This document shows positions 26,042 through 36,200 of a DNA stretch of 64,000 nucleotides, piece after piece. This stretch comes from an uncultured Halobacteriales archaeon (GTDB lineage Archaea; Thermoplasmatota; E2; JACPAO01; JAHFTW01): positions 24,941-88,940 of the forward strand of contig CAZXUC010000002.1 of the NCBI GenBank assembly GCA_964643795.1, read 5' to 3'. The notes under the pieces were generated by a model. It had not been told where the DNA came from. It was given only the letters and a program-made list of their open reading frames with translations, and made no database searches. The position numbers and the translations under genes were made by a program. Numbering within the stretch: position 1 is the stretch's first letter; every line of letters begins with the position of its first letter.

Positions 26042-29000
26042 GCGGCGCCACCCCGCAGTGACCGCTCAGGGGTCCCGAGGTCCCGCGCCAACTGGAGGAA
26101 GGCGCGCAGGGCCTCACGGCGCCCCGCCTCGGGGATCTCTTGCTTCGAGTAGACCACGAGCTCGAAGAGTTTGGAGACCTCGCGCATCGGCTGGGGCTTC
26201 ACCTGGAAGGCCCGGATGGTGCTGTCGGCGATGTCGCGGACCGTCTGCTCGGGAGGGGGCGTGTACCCGGAGGAGTCCAGGATGGCCAGCAGTTGCTGGT
26301 AGGCGCGCCGGACCACTTCGGCGGGGGTCAGCGAGGGGTCCCACAGCGCCTTGTGCGCGTCGGCGAAGGCCCGCTGAAGTCTCCGGCGACCGCTTGCCCG
26401 CCACAATAGGTACAATCCGGCGGCCACCAAGGCCAAGGTCCCAGCGACTGCTGCGGCGACGGGGAGAATCCACGAGGGCGTGTTGGTTGTACGGACCTCT
26501 TGGAGGGATGTCTCCAGGGTGTACACGGTCTCGGTGGCTTCCAGTGTCGGGCTGCGCAGGGCCACCACGCTCAACTCGCCGTCGTATCTGTTGCCTAGAT
26601 CCAGCTCGGCTTCACCGGTCTGGGGGTCCAGGTCGATGCGGTGGATGTCCAGCACGCGTTGCGTGGCCGGGTCGCGGCGCAGCAGCACCAGTTCCCCTTC
26701 CATCTGCCCGCCCTCCGAATCGGCACCGATTACCTTGACGCGCACCTTCCGGCCATCCTCCCCAAGGGTCTCGTGCACTTGCACGTCCACCCCCTTGACG
26801 ATGACCAGCGTTCCCTGCCAGGACGAAATCTGGTAGCCGTCGGTTCCGTTCGCCGACAGGGAGACGTTCTGCTCGCCAAGGGCGGTCCCCTGGGGAATCG
26901 GGTACTCGATGCGGAAGTTGGCTGGGTCGTGGATTGTTACGGGGTGTGGCGGCTGGCCGGGGATGCGCACCTCGAACAGCACCGGTCCGTACTCCAAATC
27001 TGGGACTGCGCCCTCAAGTCGGCCCTCCAAGAGGACTGCCTCACCTTGCCGCACGCGCTCCGACAGGCGGTCAACCTGCACCTGGATGCGGTGGGTGACG
27101 GTGAGGTTGGTGGAATTCTGGGCGGGGGCCTCGTTGGCTGTGCCGTGGTAGGAAGCGGCCAGCAGGAGATTGGCGGGCCTCCGGACGGGTAGGTCGTTGG
27201 CGGTCCATGACACGGCCCCATCCGCCCCCGTAGACCATTCCACCGAGAATTGGCTAATCGGCGGGCACAGGCCACTTGCAGGGTTGGTGCAGTCGAGGGG
27301 GAACGCAACCGCCTCCAGATGCAGGATGCGGCCCGGGAGCTTCTCGCCGCGCTCGTCGGCCAGGACGGCTTGTGCAACCGTCTTGTTGGCGTCCCCCGGC
27401 GCGAGCATTTCATCGTCGGCGTCGAGGGAGAGTCTGGTCGGCAAGTGGATGGCCACTCGGGCAGTCGCAGCCGATGGGTCGAACAAGTCCGTGCCGTTGA
27501 ATCGGACGCGCAGGTCTGCGCCTCCGAGTGCGGTTCGTGGTGGCAGGCGGGCCTCGAACCGTCCATCGTCGTTCGACTTGACGATGGACGACTCGCCGTC
27601 GTCCCAGCCGATTTCCAGGTCCAATGCCGCGAGGGGTCGGTCCAACCCGTCGAGGAGCCGACCCGACACGGGGACGTCGTGGCTGCGCAGCGCCGGGGGG
27701 GCTTCCACCTGGATGCGGGTGGAGATGTGGTGGGCGGCGTCTGCTTGGATGGGGGCGGAGGGGGCATACAATGTGGTCCCGCCGAAGCTGACGGTCCAAT
27801 TGCGCAGGAAGGGTTCGTCACTGCTGACCGGGATGCGGACGTTGCCTTGGGCGTCTGTTCCGGTGTGGGTCAGGGTCTTGCCGTCCTGGCTGGTCAGGAG
27901 GAAGGGGGCGTCGGACAGGGAGACCGGTCCCTGGGAAGCCGTGAGTCGCCCCTCAAGGAAACCGACTTGGCCGACGGGAACGCGGACCCCGCCGAGTTCG
28001 AAGGTGGTGGGGTACCGCGGTTCGATGGTGAACGTGGTCTCACGGTGACTGCTTTGGCCCTCCGGGACCTCGCGCAGCCGGATGTGGTGGAGGGTGGGAT
28101 CGTCGGAGATTCCGATTGCTGCCACCTGCACGTTGAGGCGTCCCGTGTTGTCCGTGGTGGCGGCGCCGGTCCAGACGGGGGTCGCCTCCAAGCCGCGCAA
28201 GAGATGGACCTGCACGGGCCGGCCGGGCACAGAAATCCCCTTGTGGTCGTCCGTGAGGGTTGCAGTGACAGTGAATGCGACTCCCGGTTGGACCTGGGGG
28301 CGCGTCCCGGCCAGGGGTTTGCCGTCCAGGGCGACCTCCGCCCAATGGGTTTCGCGGGCGATGGGGACAATTGCTGTGGCGTTTGCGGGGGCCAGGAATT
28401 GGTCACTGTCCAGGAGTTTGCCTTCAATCTGGATCTCCAAGTCCCCGACGGGGAACAGGAGCGGATTCAACGTGAAGGAGAAGGTGCCGTCGCTGCTGAC
28501 CTGCAATGGATCCATGGACACTCCGGGCACCGTGACGTGCACGGGGCGTCCGCCAAGACCGACTCCCTCCACGTCCACGAAGCGCCCGCCGATGGCCAGT
28601 GAATCCAGGCCTTGCACGACTCTGCCTGGCACGTTGTCCAGGATGACTTGCGTCGTGGCGGCCAGTCCCGTGCTGACGGGCGCAGAGGTGTTGCTGAAGA
28701 TTGCGCGGGTGGCGTGGGTGACGCCACGGTTGGCATCGGGCACAAGCTTGTCATCGACTTCATGGTACACGAGCGCCCGCAGGGTGCGGCCGTCAGGCAG
28801 AGGATATGGATTTCCTTGGGAGACCGGCTTGTACGCACGAACCGGTTCCGGACCCCCAAACGACAGGTCCTGCAGGGCTGGGTCGTTGGGGTCCACGATG
28901 GCGCGAATCTGGATGGGGCCGGGTTGCAGCCCGAGGCCGTTGGGTCCCCCGCCGATGCGGGTCGCAAGGACCGGTTGATCGCCCGCCTCCCAGACCTGGC

Positions 29001-32000
29001 CGCCCAGGACGCTGCCGTCGTGCGGGACCACGGACGCCGCCACGGTCGTGTCCGCGGCCGCCGTGATTGTGAACAAGCCGTCCGTCTCCGTGAACCCGGC
29101 GCCCACCAATGCCGTGTTGCCGGCCGCATCGGTGGCGATCAAGCGCACGGTGGCGCCCACGACGCCGGCGCCGTTGTCCACGGTGGTGGCTCCCGGCGCC
29201 CGGTCCTCCAGCCCGCCTGCGAATGGTTCTGCCACCACGACGCGACCCGTGACGGTCGCGGTCCCGGCGCCTTTGACCATCGTGCCGGCGACCACCAGGT
29301 CCAGGATTTGGACGCGGGCGCGGTCGAGCCAGTCGGGTACGCCGTCGCCGCCCGAATCGATGAACTGGTTCGTCGTGCGCACCGGTTGCGAGATGGCGTT
29401 CCACAGCTTGGTGTAGTTCGCGACGTAACGTTCCTCCTCGTCACTCCAATGGACGACCTGGCCCTGGTTGCCGTGCTCGAGGGGGAACGGATCGGCGGGA
29501 CCGATGAGGCCGTCCGCGTCCGCATCGGGGTCCTGGAGGTCTTCGCCCTGGGAGGGCGGATTGAACCAGTCGCGTGTTCCCGTGGTGTCGCGCCGCGTCG
29601 GGTCGGTGCCGCCCCACCAGGGACCGTCCCGGGGGTCGTCCCAATCCGCCGGGCGGCCGACTTGATACTCTTCCAGGTTCGAGAACACCGCGAACGTCCC
29701 CACGCCATCGTCGGCGTCTTCCGAAGCGATGGCGAAGGTGGGGTCGAAACGGCTGCGGTGGTCGGAGTCGCCGTGGATGCGCCAGTACACGACCCACCCG
29801 TCGGGCAGGCCGTCCCCCGAGGTGTCCATGCGTGTCGGGTCGGATCCGATGCCCGCACCCAACACCTCTGTGGTGGCAGGGTCCAACCGGCTTTCCGAGA
29901 GGAATCGGACCATTCCCGTCGGGCAACCGTTGCCAGCGCCTTCGACGTGCAGGATCCCCGCCGCCACGTACCGGGCAAACATCTGCGTGCTGGTGAGGGG
30001 GCCGCCGGGGCGTTTCGCCGTGCCTGCAACGTCTTGGCCACCGCTCTTGTGGAGGCACAGGTCGCCCCCGGCCCGGTAGTGGGGGTGGGGCCGGGGTTGG
30101 CCGAATCCTGGGCAGGCCACGGTAGCGGAAGGCGCATGGCAGGGCAGGGTCCCGCCGTCGGCCAAGCCGTCGCGGTCCGAGTCGGGGGTCAACGGGTTGG
30201 TCCCCAGCAGAATCTCCTCCAGATTGGTCAATCCGTCACCGTCCCAGTCGCCGTCGGGGTCGTCATCATTGGGGTTGAGGGGATCAAGACCCAATGCGAC
30301 CTCCAGCCAGTCCGGCATCCCGCCACCGTCCGTGTCCTGAGAGTTAGGGTTCAGGCCGAAGAGATAGGCCTCCAAGAGGGTGAGACAGTAGGTGCCCTTC
30401 GCGACTTTTCTTGCTACCTCTGCTGGATCAGGGAGGCCGTCGTGTCGGCTCTCGTCATCGCAACCCGCAGCCACGCTACCCAACGCGGGCGACCCCGGGT
30501 CGGCTGCGGCGGGGATGCTGTAGGCATGCCGCCATGCGTCGGGCACTTGCGCGGCGGCGGCCACACTCGATGCATGCCGCCACGGGTCCGTGCCAAGTTC
30601 CTGGTCGACCCCGAGGGTGTGCGGCTGCCATTGCCAGCAACCGGGCCCTGCAGTCAATCCGACGCGGTCCGGAATGTTCTCGGCACCGCTCCACGGGGTG
30701 GAGCCGTACGCCTCCCGGCGCAGCCCCGTGGCCGAAAGGACCGCCACATGGTTGCTGCCTAGTGGCGTCGGGCAGGGCACGTCACTGTACAGCCAAGTGC
30801 CCTTCTCACGACCGTCGAAGCGGGAGAGCAGGTCGCCGTCGCGTCCGGGGGCACCGTCGTGGACCTGCGCAGGGTCAAGCACAGCCACCGCAACAGAGGG
30901 TCGGCCGACCTGTTCCAGGCGTTCATTGACCCGCGCCGTGGCCGTCTCGACCCATTCGGGGGCAGTGCCGGCCTGGAGTTGGGCCACCACTGCGGCAGGA
31001 ACGTTCTCGACGCCGTGATGGATGGTGAACATATCGCTCAACCCGTCGCCAGACGTGTCGCTGCGGTACGGGTGGAGGTCGTAGATGTACGCGAGGCCGC
31101 TGGTGAACTCGCGGAGACCACCCCCGGGCAGGGAGATTGTGTCGGCAGCGAGGTTGATCGCGAAATCGGAGTCCCGTCCAGGCACGTCGATGCTCTTCAA
31201 CTTGGACGGGTCAAGCGGCCAACCGGTCGCTCCACTGACGGGGCTGCGGCACTCGGCGCCGCAGTTGAAGTACCGGTCCTGGCTCCACGCGACTTCCCAT
31301 CCGTCCGGCAGTCCCTCGCCGTCCGTGTCAAGGCGGGCTGGATCGGTGGCGGGGCGGACCTGGCCGCTGGATCCAAAGAACTGGTTGGGGAACAACTCTT
31401 CCCCGTTGCGCAGGCCGTCGCCGTCGGCGTCGGCGGCCAAGATGTTGGGGACGCCGTCGGCGTCGAGATCGCCCAGGGGCCCCAGCCGATCGAGGCGGAG
31501 CATGGGGTCGCCGCCCGGGTTGGGGACACCGCCTTGGTTGAGCCACGCGTATTCTTCGCGGGCCGCCGCCGGAGCCTGCTGGAACCGCGTGGTGGCTGCC
31601 GTCAAGCGCTGCGTCCAGTACTCGTACTCGAACCCGTCGCTGAGGAAACTGCCGGACGTGTCGCGCTTGAGGGGGTTCGTGCCGAGCTCCAGCTCCAAAG
31701 CGTCGGCCAGGCCGTCGCTGTCGGTGTCCGGGTCGGCCGGGTTGGTGCGGGGCCCCGCCACGCCCTCCGCGGTGACGCCGAAGTGCTCGTGGATGTCGAG
31801 CAGGCCGTCTCCATCCGAGTCGGCGCGGCGCGGGTCGGAGTGGGCGCGCACGACCTGCAGGTCCGGTACGCCACCAAGGCCACGGTCGATGGTGAGGTTC
31901 CAGCCGCGCAGGGCGACCGCCAGGGGCAGGGCCCCCGCGGGGGAATCATCGAAGACCGTGGGCAGGCCATTCCACCAAGGGCCGTCCTCACCTTCATCCC

Positions 32001-33216
32001 AGGTCTGCGGGCGCAAGTAGGCGTAGGCGTCGGCGACGCTGACCTTGAATGGGGTCTCTGGTGCCGGGTTGGCGGCGTCGATGACGACGCCGAACATCTT
32101 CGTGGGGTCGCCGCTCCAGGGCTGCGCGTCCCAGGCCTCGGTGCTGGCGATGATGAGGCTCCGCATGTCGTCGAACGGGTGGGCGACGCCGTGGGGGTCG
32201 CGCAGGGCCCAGATGTCAGGGACTCCGTCTCCGTTCGAGTCCCACTGCGTCGGGTCGAGGAGGGGGCCCGCTTCCAGGCGTTGCCGCCACGGGCAGACCC
32301 CCTGGTGAGCGTCGTGGCAGTGTTCCTGCGTGAACAGGAACGCCTCGGCGACCGTGAGTCCGTCCCCCGCGGGGCTCTGGGCCCCGATGTCCGGGTCGTG
32401 GGGGTCGAGGCCGAACCGGACGAGGAAGCCGTCCGCGATGCCATCGCTGCGGGTCGAAGGGCGCAAGGGGTCGGTCGGTTCGAACTGCCTTTCCAGGTCC
32501 GCGATGCGTGCGCGGCCCGCAAGCTCCTCTACGTCCAGCAATCCGTCGCCGTCCGTGTCCCGGGTGGTGGGGTCGAGGCCCTGCAGGTACTTCTCCCGCA
32601 GCGTCATCGCCTCGTCACCGGGGGCGGGCCCGTCTGGGTCCACGTCGAGGGGGTCGAGGCCGTGCTGGAGCAACCACGCGTCAGCGATGCCGTCGCCGGC
32701 GTTGTCCCACACGTGGGGATCGATGGAACCGCCCTGCAACCACCAAGCGCCGAGGATGCCCTTGGCCTCGTGGCGCGACGTGTCGTAGTGGTACAGTTCG
32801 GCCACGGTGGGGAACGTGATGGCGCCGGGGCGTCGCAAGGGCTCCGGAAGCTCCTGCGTGGGGGGTCGCAGAACCGGTCGTTCCAGGAGAATCGAGTCGG
32901 TCCAGTCTACCTCGCTGGCGAAGTGGTGGTGGACGTAGCCGTCCGCCACGCCGCCCCCGAGGGCGTCGAAGCGGCCCGGGTCGCTGCCGATGAGGTTCTC
33001 CACCGCATCGGGCAATCCATCGCCGTCGCTGTCGCCGGCGACCTGAACGATGAACGCGGCAGTGCGTAGTCCACCGCTGCGTTCGGGGGACAACGGTTCC
33101 ACGGTGAGGATTGTCAGCCCACTGGCCGCAACCAGGAACGCCAGGGTCGCCGCGATGAAGGTGCGCCGAACGTTTTGGATCCCCACGCGCCGGGCGAGGC
33201 GGGATACGGGGTTCAT
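26038..33216 (-). CDS. Giant (2392 aa) membrane-spanning surface protein: signal anchor, many thrombospondin-type-3-like Ca-binding repeats, Ig/CARDB-like repeat array, TM helix, cytoplasmic DUF4129-like tail
   Basis: ATG 33216 overlaps the upstream TGA (ATGA). The N-terminus is MNPVSRLARRVGIQNVRRTFIAATLAFLVAASGL. At least 14 DxDxDGxxDxxE units are visible (DSDGDGLPDAVE, DTDGDGLLDVEE, DSDGDGLLDIHE, DTDSDGLADALE, DTDGEGLPDGWE, DTDGGGMPDWLE, WDGDGLTNLEE, DSDRDGLADG and others). A beta-rich array follows, then the TM WILPVAAAVAGTLALVAAGLYLLW plus a 120-aa helical tail. Confidence 0.85.
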   Translation of the reverse strand: MNPVSRLARRVGIQNVRRTFIAATLAFLVAASGLTILTVEPLSPERSGGLRTAAFIVQVAGDSDGDGLPDAVENLIGSDPGRFDALGGGVADGYVHHHFASEVDWTDSILLERPVLRPPTQELPEPLRRPGAITFPTVAELYHYDTSRHEAKGILGAWWLQGGSIDPHVWDNAGDGIADAWLLQHGLDPLDVDPDGPAPGDEAMTLREKYLQGLDPTTRDTDGDGLLDVEELAGRARIADLERQFEPTDPLRPSTRSDGIADGFLVRFGLDPHDPDIGAQSPAGDGLTVAEAFLFTQEHCHDAHQGVCPWRQRLEAGPLLDPTQWDSNGDGVPDIWALRDPHGVAHPFDDMRSLIIASTEAWDAQPWSGDPTKMFGVVIDAANPAPETPFKVSVADAYAYLRPQTWDEGEDGPWWNGLPTVFDDSPAGALPLAVALRGWNLTIDRGLGGVPDLQVVRAHSDPRRADSDGDGLLDIHEHFGVTAEGVAGPRTNPADPDTDSDGLADALELELGTNPLKRDTSGSFLSDGFEYEYWTQRLTAATTRFQQAPAAAREEYAWLNQGGVPNPGGDPMLRLDRLGPLGDLDADGVPNILAADADGDGLRNGEELFPNQFFGSSGQVRPATDPARLDTDGEGLPDGWEVAWSQDRYFNCGAECRSPVSGATGWPLDPSKLKSIDVPGRDSDFAINLAADTISLPGGGLREFTSGLAYIYDLHPYRSDTSGDGLSDMFTIHHGVENVPAAVVAQLQAGTAPEWVETATARVNERLEQVGRPSVAVAVLDPAQVHDGAPGRDGDLLSRFDGREKGTWLYSDVPCPTPLGSNHVAVLSATGLRREAYGSTPWSGAENIPDRVGLTAGPGCWQWQPHTLGVDQELGTDPWRHASSVAAAAQVPDAWRHAYSIPAAADPGSPALGSVAAGCDDESRHDGLPDPAEVARKVAKGTYCLTLLEAYLFGLNPNSQDTDGGGMPDWLEVALGLDPLNPNDDDPDGDWDGDGLTNLEEILLGTNPLTPDSDRDGLADGGTLPCHAPSATVACPGFGQPRPHPHYRAGGDLCLHKSGGQDVAGTAKRPGGPLTSTQMFARYVAAGILHVEGAGNGCPTGMVRFLSESRLDPATTEVLGAGIGSDPTRMDTSGDGLPDGWVVYWRIHGDSDHRSRFDPTFAIASEDADDGVGTFAVFSNLEEYQVGRPADWDDPRDGPWWGGTDPTRRDTTGTRDWFNPPSQGEDLQDPDADADGLIGPADPFPLEHGNQGQVVHWSDEEERYVANYTKLWNAISQPVRTTNQFIDSGGDGVPDWLDRARVQILDLVVAGTMVKGAGTATVTGRVVVAEPFAGGLEDRAPGATTVDNGAGVVGATVRLIATDAAGNTALVGAGFTETDGLFTITAAADTTVAASVVPHDGSVLGGQVWEAGDQPVLATRIGGGPNGLGLQPGPIQIRAIVDPNDPALQDLSFGGPEPVRAYKPVSQGNPYPLPDGRTLRALVYHEVDDKLVPDANRGVTHATRAIFSNTSAPVSTGLAATTQVILDNVPGRVVQGLDSLAIGGRFVDVEGVGLGGRPVHVTVPGVSMDPLQVSSDGTFSFTLNPLLFPVGDLEIQIEGKLLDSDQFLAPANATAIVPIARETHWAEVALDGKPLAGTRPQVQPGVAFTVTATLTDDHKGISVPGRPVQVHLLRGLEATPVWTGAATTDNTGRLNVQVAAIGISDDPTLHHIRLREVPEGQSSHRETTFTIEPRYPTTFELGGVRVPVGQVGFLEGRLTASQGPVSLSDAPFLLTSQDGKTLTHTGTDAQGNVRIPVSSDEPFLRNWTVSFGGTTLYAPSAPIQADAAHHISTRIQVEAPPALRSHDVPVSGRLLDGLDRPLAALDLEIGWDDGESSIVKSNDDGRFEARLPPRTALGGADLRVRFNGTDLFDPSAATARVAIHLPTRLSLDADDEMLAPGDANKTVAQAVLADERGEKLPGRILHLEAVAFPLDCTNPASGLCPPISQFSVEWSTGADGAVSWTANDLPVRRPANLLLAASYHGTANEAPAQNSTNLTVTHRIQVQVDRLSERVRQGEAVLLEGRLEGAVPDLEYGPVLFEVRIPGQPPHPVTIHDPANFRIEYPIPQGTALGEQNVSLSANGTDGYQISSWQGTLVIVKGVDVQVHETLGEDGRKVRVKVIGADSEGGQMEGELVLLRRDPATQRVLDIHRIDLDPQTGEAELDLGNRYDGELSVVALRSPTLEATETVYTLETSLQEVRTTNTPSWILPVAAAVAGTLALVAAGLYLLWRASGRRRLQRAFADAHKALWDPSLTPAEVVRRAYQQLLAILDSSGYTPPPEQTVRDIADSTIRAFQVKPQPMREVSKLFELVVYSKQEIPEAGRREALRAFLQLARDLGTPERSLRGGAA

Positions 33217-36200
33217 GGGCGCCACCTCCGGCGCACAATGGCTGCAGAGGCCAGGAAAGCCAGCAGAGCGGGTAGGACAGCGGGAGTGGGAACGGCTCGG
33301 CCTGGCTCACCTCCATCGATGTGGAGGGGGGCCGCGAGGTGGAAACCATCCGGGTCGTGGTCTGCGGAGACCCGCACGGTGCCAGTCGCCGGACCCACAA
33401 CGTTGACGACGTGCTGGGCACCCGGACGCACCTGTAGCAGGGTGACCCGGTCCATCACCTCCGCATCATGCACCAAGTCGACGTGGACCATGAACGCGGA
33501 CTCGCCGCCGTCGTTGCGGACCAGCACTTTGTACACGGTGGTTGCGCCTTCGTGGCGTGCGGTTTCGACGTTGGCCTGCAGGACGGGTTGGCCAATGGTC
33601 AAGCGCCATGGCGCCTGCGCCTCGATCCCACTGGTGCTGGCGCGGGCCAGGACCTCGACCGTGTCCGCGCCCAGGGGCGGGACAACGTGGAACGTGAGCA
33701 CCGCCTCTTCGCCAAGCCCCAGCCGCGTGGCGGCGTCCTGGACGGTCCAGCTGGCCGGCAGGCCCTCCAAGGTCGCCTCCACATCCAGCGGCACGTTGCC
33801 CGTGTTTCGCACCGGGATCTGCACCAAGTTGGGACGCCCGGAATGCACGCGCGTCTCCCCCGGTTCCAGGTGGAGGTCCGGCCCCTCGGCCACGATGGCA
33901 TTGATGGTGAGGATCTGGGTGGGCCTGCCGGGGGAGACGAGCCGCAACTGCACTGGCACGGGTTGACCGGGCCCAGCGTCCTCCGGGATGTGGAGGGTGA
34001 ACGAGATGCGCTGGGATTCGCCGACCTCCAACGCGTAGGTCCAGGGCCCTTCGGCACCACTGGGTTCGACGACACTCCAACCGGACCGGAGCATGGGGGA
34101 CACCTCGACCTGGCCAGGCGCGTTGCCGGACGCGGTCAACTCTAGGGTCAGGGATGCAGTCCCGCCCGGGGCGGCGGCCACCACGTCGGGGCTGAGTGCA
34201 GCGGACACGGCGCTGACCTTTGCGACTTGGGTGCGCAGCACGGCGTCAGCGCTCTGGCCGCCGGGACTGGTGCTTGTGAACTGCAATCGGTCGATGCCCA
34301 CGACCAGGGGGGGCGCCGTGGCGGGGACCTCGCGTTTGAGGATGAGGGTCGTCTCGGAGCGAGGGGTAAGGCTGACGCGGAAGTCCGCGTCCGCAAGGTC
34401 GCCCACGCCGACCCATTCCACGGTGGGGGCGGGCCAACCTTCGCGGCCGGTCGGGATGATGTCCACGAGCAGGTCTTCGTTCACGTCGGCTTCGTTGGTG
34501 ATGTGGAGGGTGTACGTGGTGGTTGAGCCGGGGGGCACGATGCGGTCAGCGTCCACCACCTCCACACGGTAGGCGCGGTCGGCGTCCAATGTGGTGACGA
34601 AGCGGACGCCGTCCGACACGGACCGGTCGCTGACGCTGGTGGCGAGCACCTGCATGGGCAGGCGTCCGGCCGTGAGGTGGCTGCCGGGCTGGACCCTGGC
34701 CGTGTAGGCGAACGCTTCGCCCGGCTGGAGGGTCGGGGTGCGGTTCTCCCCGGAAGCATCCTGCTCCATGGGCGAACCGGGATCGAACTCGAGGTCGACG
34801 GCCCAGTCCTCGCGGGGCTCGGAGGCAACGATGCGGTACTGGTCCGGGACGCCCCCCGTGTTGGTGACCTCGATGCGGTAGGTCACGGCCTCCCCGGGCC
34901 GGGTGGACCGTTCGCTGGCCACCTCGGAGCCGTCGGCAGTGACGAGGACGCCGCGGGTGATGACGAAACTGATGCGCACGGCCTGCTCGGCCTGGAAGCG
35001 GGGGTTGCCGAGGCTCTCCGCGTGGATGCGCACGTCACCCCCCTGGGTGCCGGTGCCGAGTTGGACGAAGGCTTCCAGCTCCGCGGACTCGCCGGGACCG
35101 AGGGTGACCTCGCTCTGGGACAGGAGGCCGTTCCACCCGGAGGGGGTGGTGATGCGCAGGACGGCGGTGTCCTGGACGCCCGCGCCGGTGACGGAACGGG
35201 CGTTGTTGGTGACCGTGAACGGGATGGTCACCTGTTGGCCCGGTTCGGCCCGCACCAGGGTCCGTTCCACGCCCACATCCAGCAGGTACCCCGTGACCTG
35301 GGCCTGTCCCGCGACTGGTTGGACGGCGTCGGTGACGCCGGGCGCGAAGGCGCTGACGGCGCGGTTGCCGGGCAGCAGCCACTGGGCGGTGAATGGTTTG
35401 TCGGCTTGCAGGGTCCAGCCCCCCGGGTCCTCGATGCGGACCGCCTCGTACTGGGCCCTGGAGGGCCACTCGTGGGTGGTGATTCCGGACTGGGCTTTGC
35501 GGACCCCGGTGATGGTGGTGCCCTCTTCGGTGGCGAAGAGGACGAGTTGTCCAAACGGAATGCCGTTGGCGTCGGCGGGCAACTGGAACCGGTACGTGAA
35601 CCCCGTCCCGAGGGATTGGAGGGGGGGTTGTAGGGGCACGAGGGCGGTCGGATTGCCGGAGGGTCCGCTGACCACCGTGAGTTGCCCCCCGCCCGCGGTG
35701 CGCAGGATGCTGGCGGGGCCCCCGGCGTGGGTGGCGCCTTGGTCGCCAGGCCGCCACACCCGATTCCAGCCGGTGTCCCACGTCCCGAAGAGGCCCTCGG
35801 GCAGGTTGAGGCCCCCGGAGGGGGTCAGAACCGGCTTGCCGCCGACCAGGGACTGGACGCGCACCGTGCTGGGTTCGGACGACATCATGAGGAGCTTGTC
35901 GCCGGAGCCGGCTTGGCCCAGCAGCATGGACGCACGGTCGGGGCCGTCGATGGCCGGCCAAGCGGTGAGGGCCGACGAGATGGAGGATGCGGGGCCCCCT
36001 CGTTGCACCGTGACGAGGCCGCGGGTCGCCTCGACCCGCGTGAGCCCCTGAACGTTGAGGGCGGTGGCGTCGTGGCTTGCGATGGGGGTCTCGGCGCCGC
36101 CGTTGAGGCGCAGAAGGCACGTAGTTTGTCCCGGTGGGGCCAGGCAGTTGACGGTGACTTGGGAACCGTCGTTGGATGCCATGGGGAGCAGGAAGGAGCG

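Noticed and set aside
28612-33069. Long plus-strand ORFs (28612..30762, 716 aa; 30859..33069, 736 aa) antisense to the 2392-aa gene
   Set aside because: They are Arg/Gly/Val/Ala/Asp-rich with no motifs. They are typical shadow ORFs of a high-GC gene, and the opposite strand carries clear TSP3 and beta-repeat signatures in an uninterrupted 7.2-kb frame.
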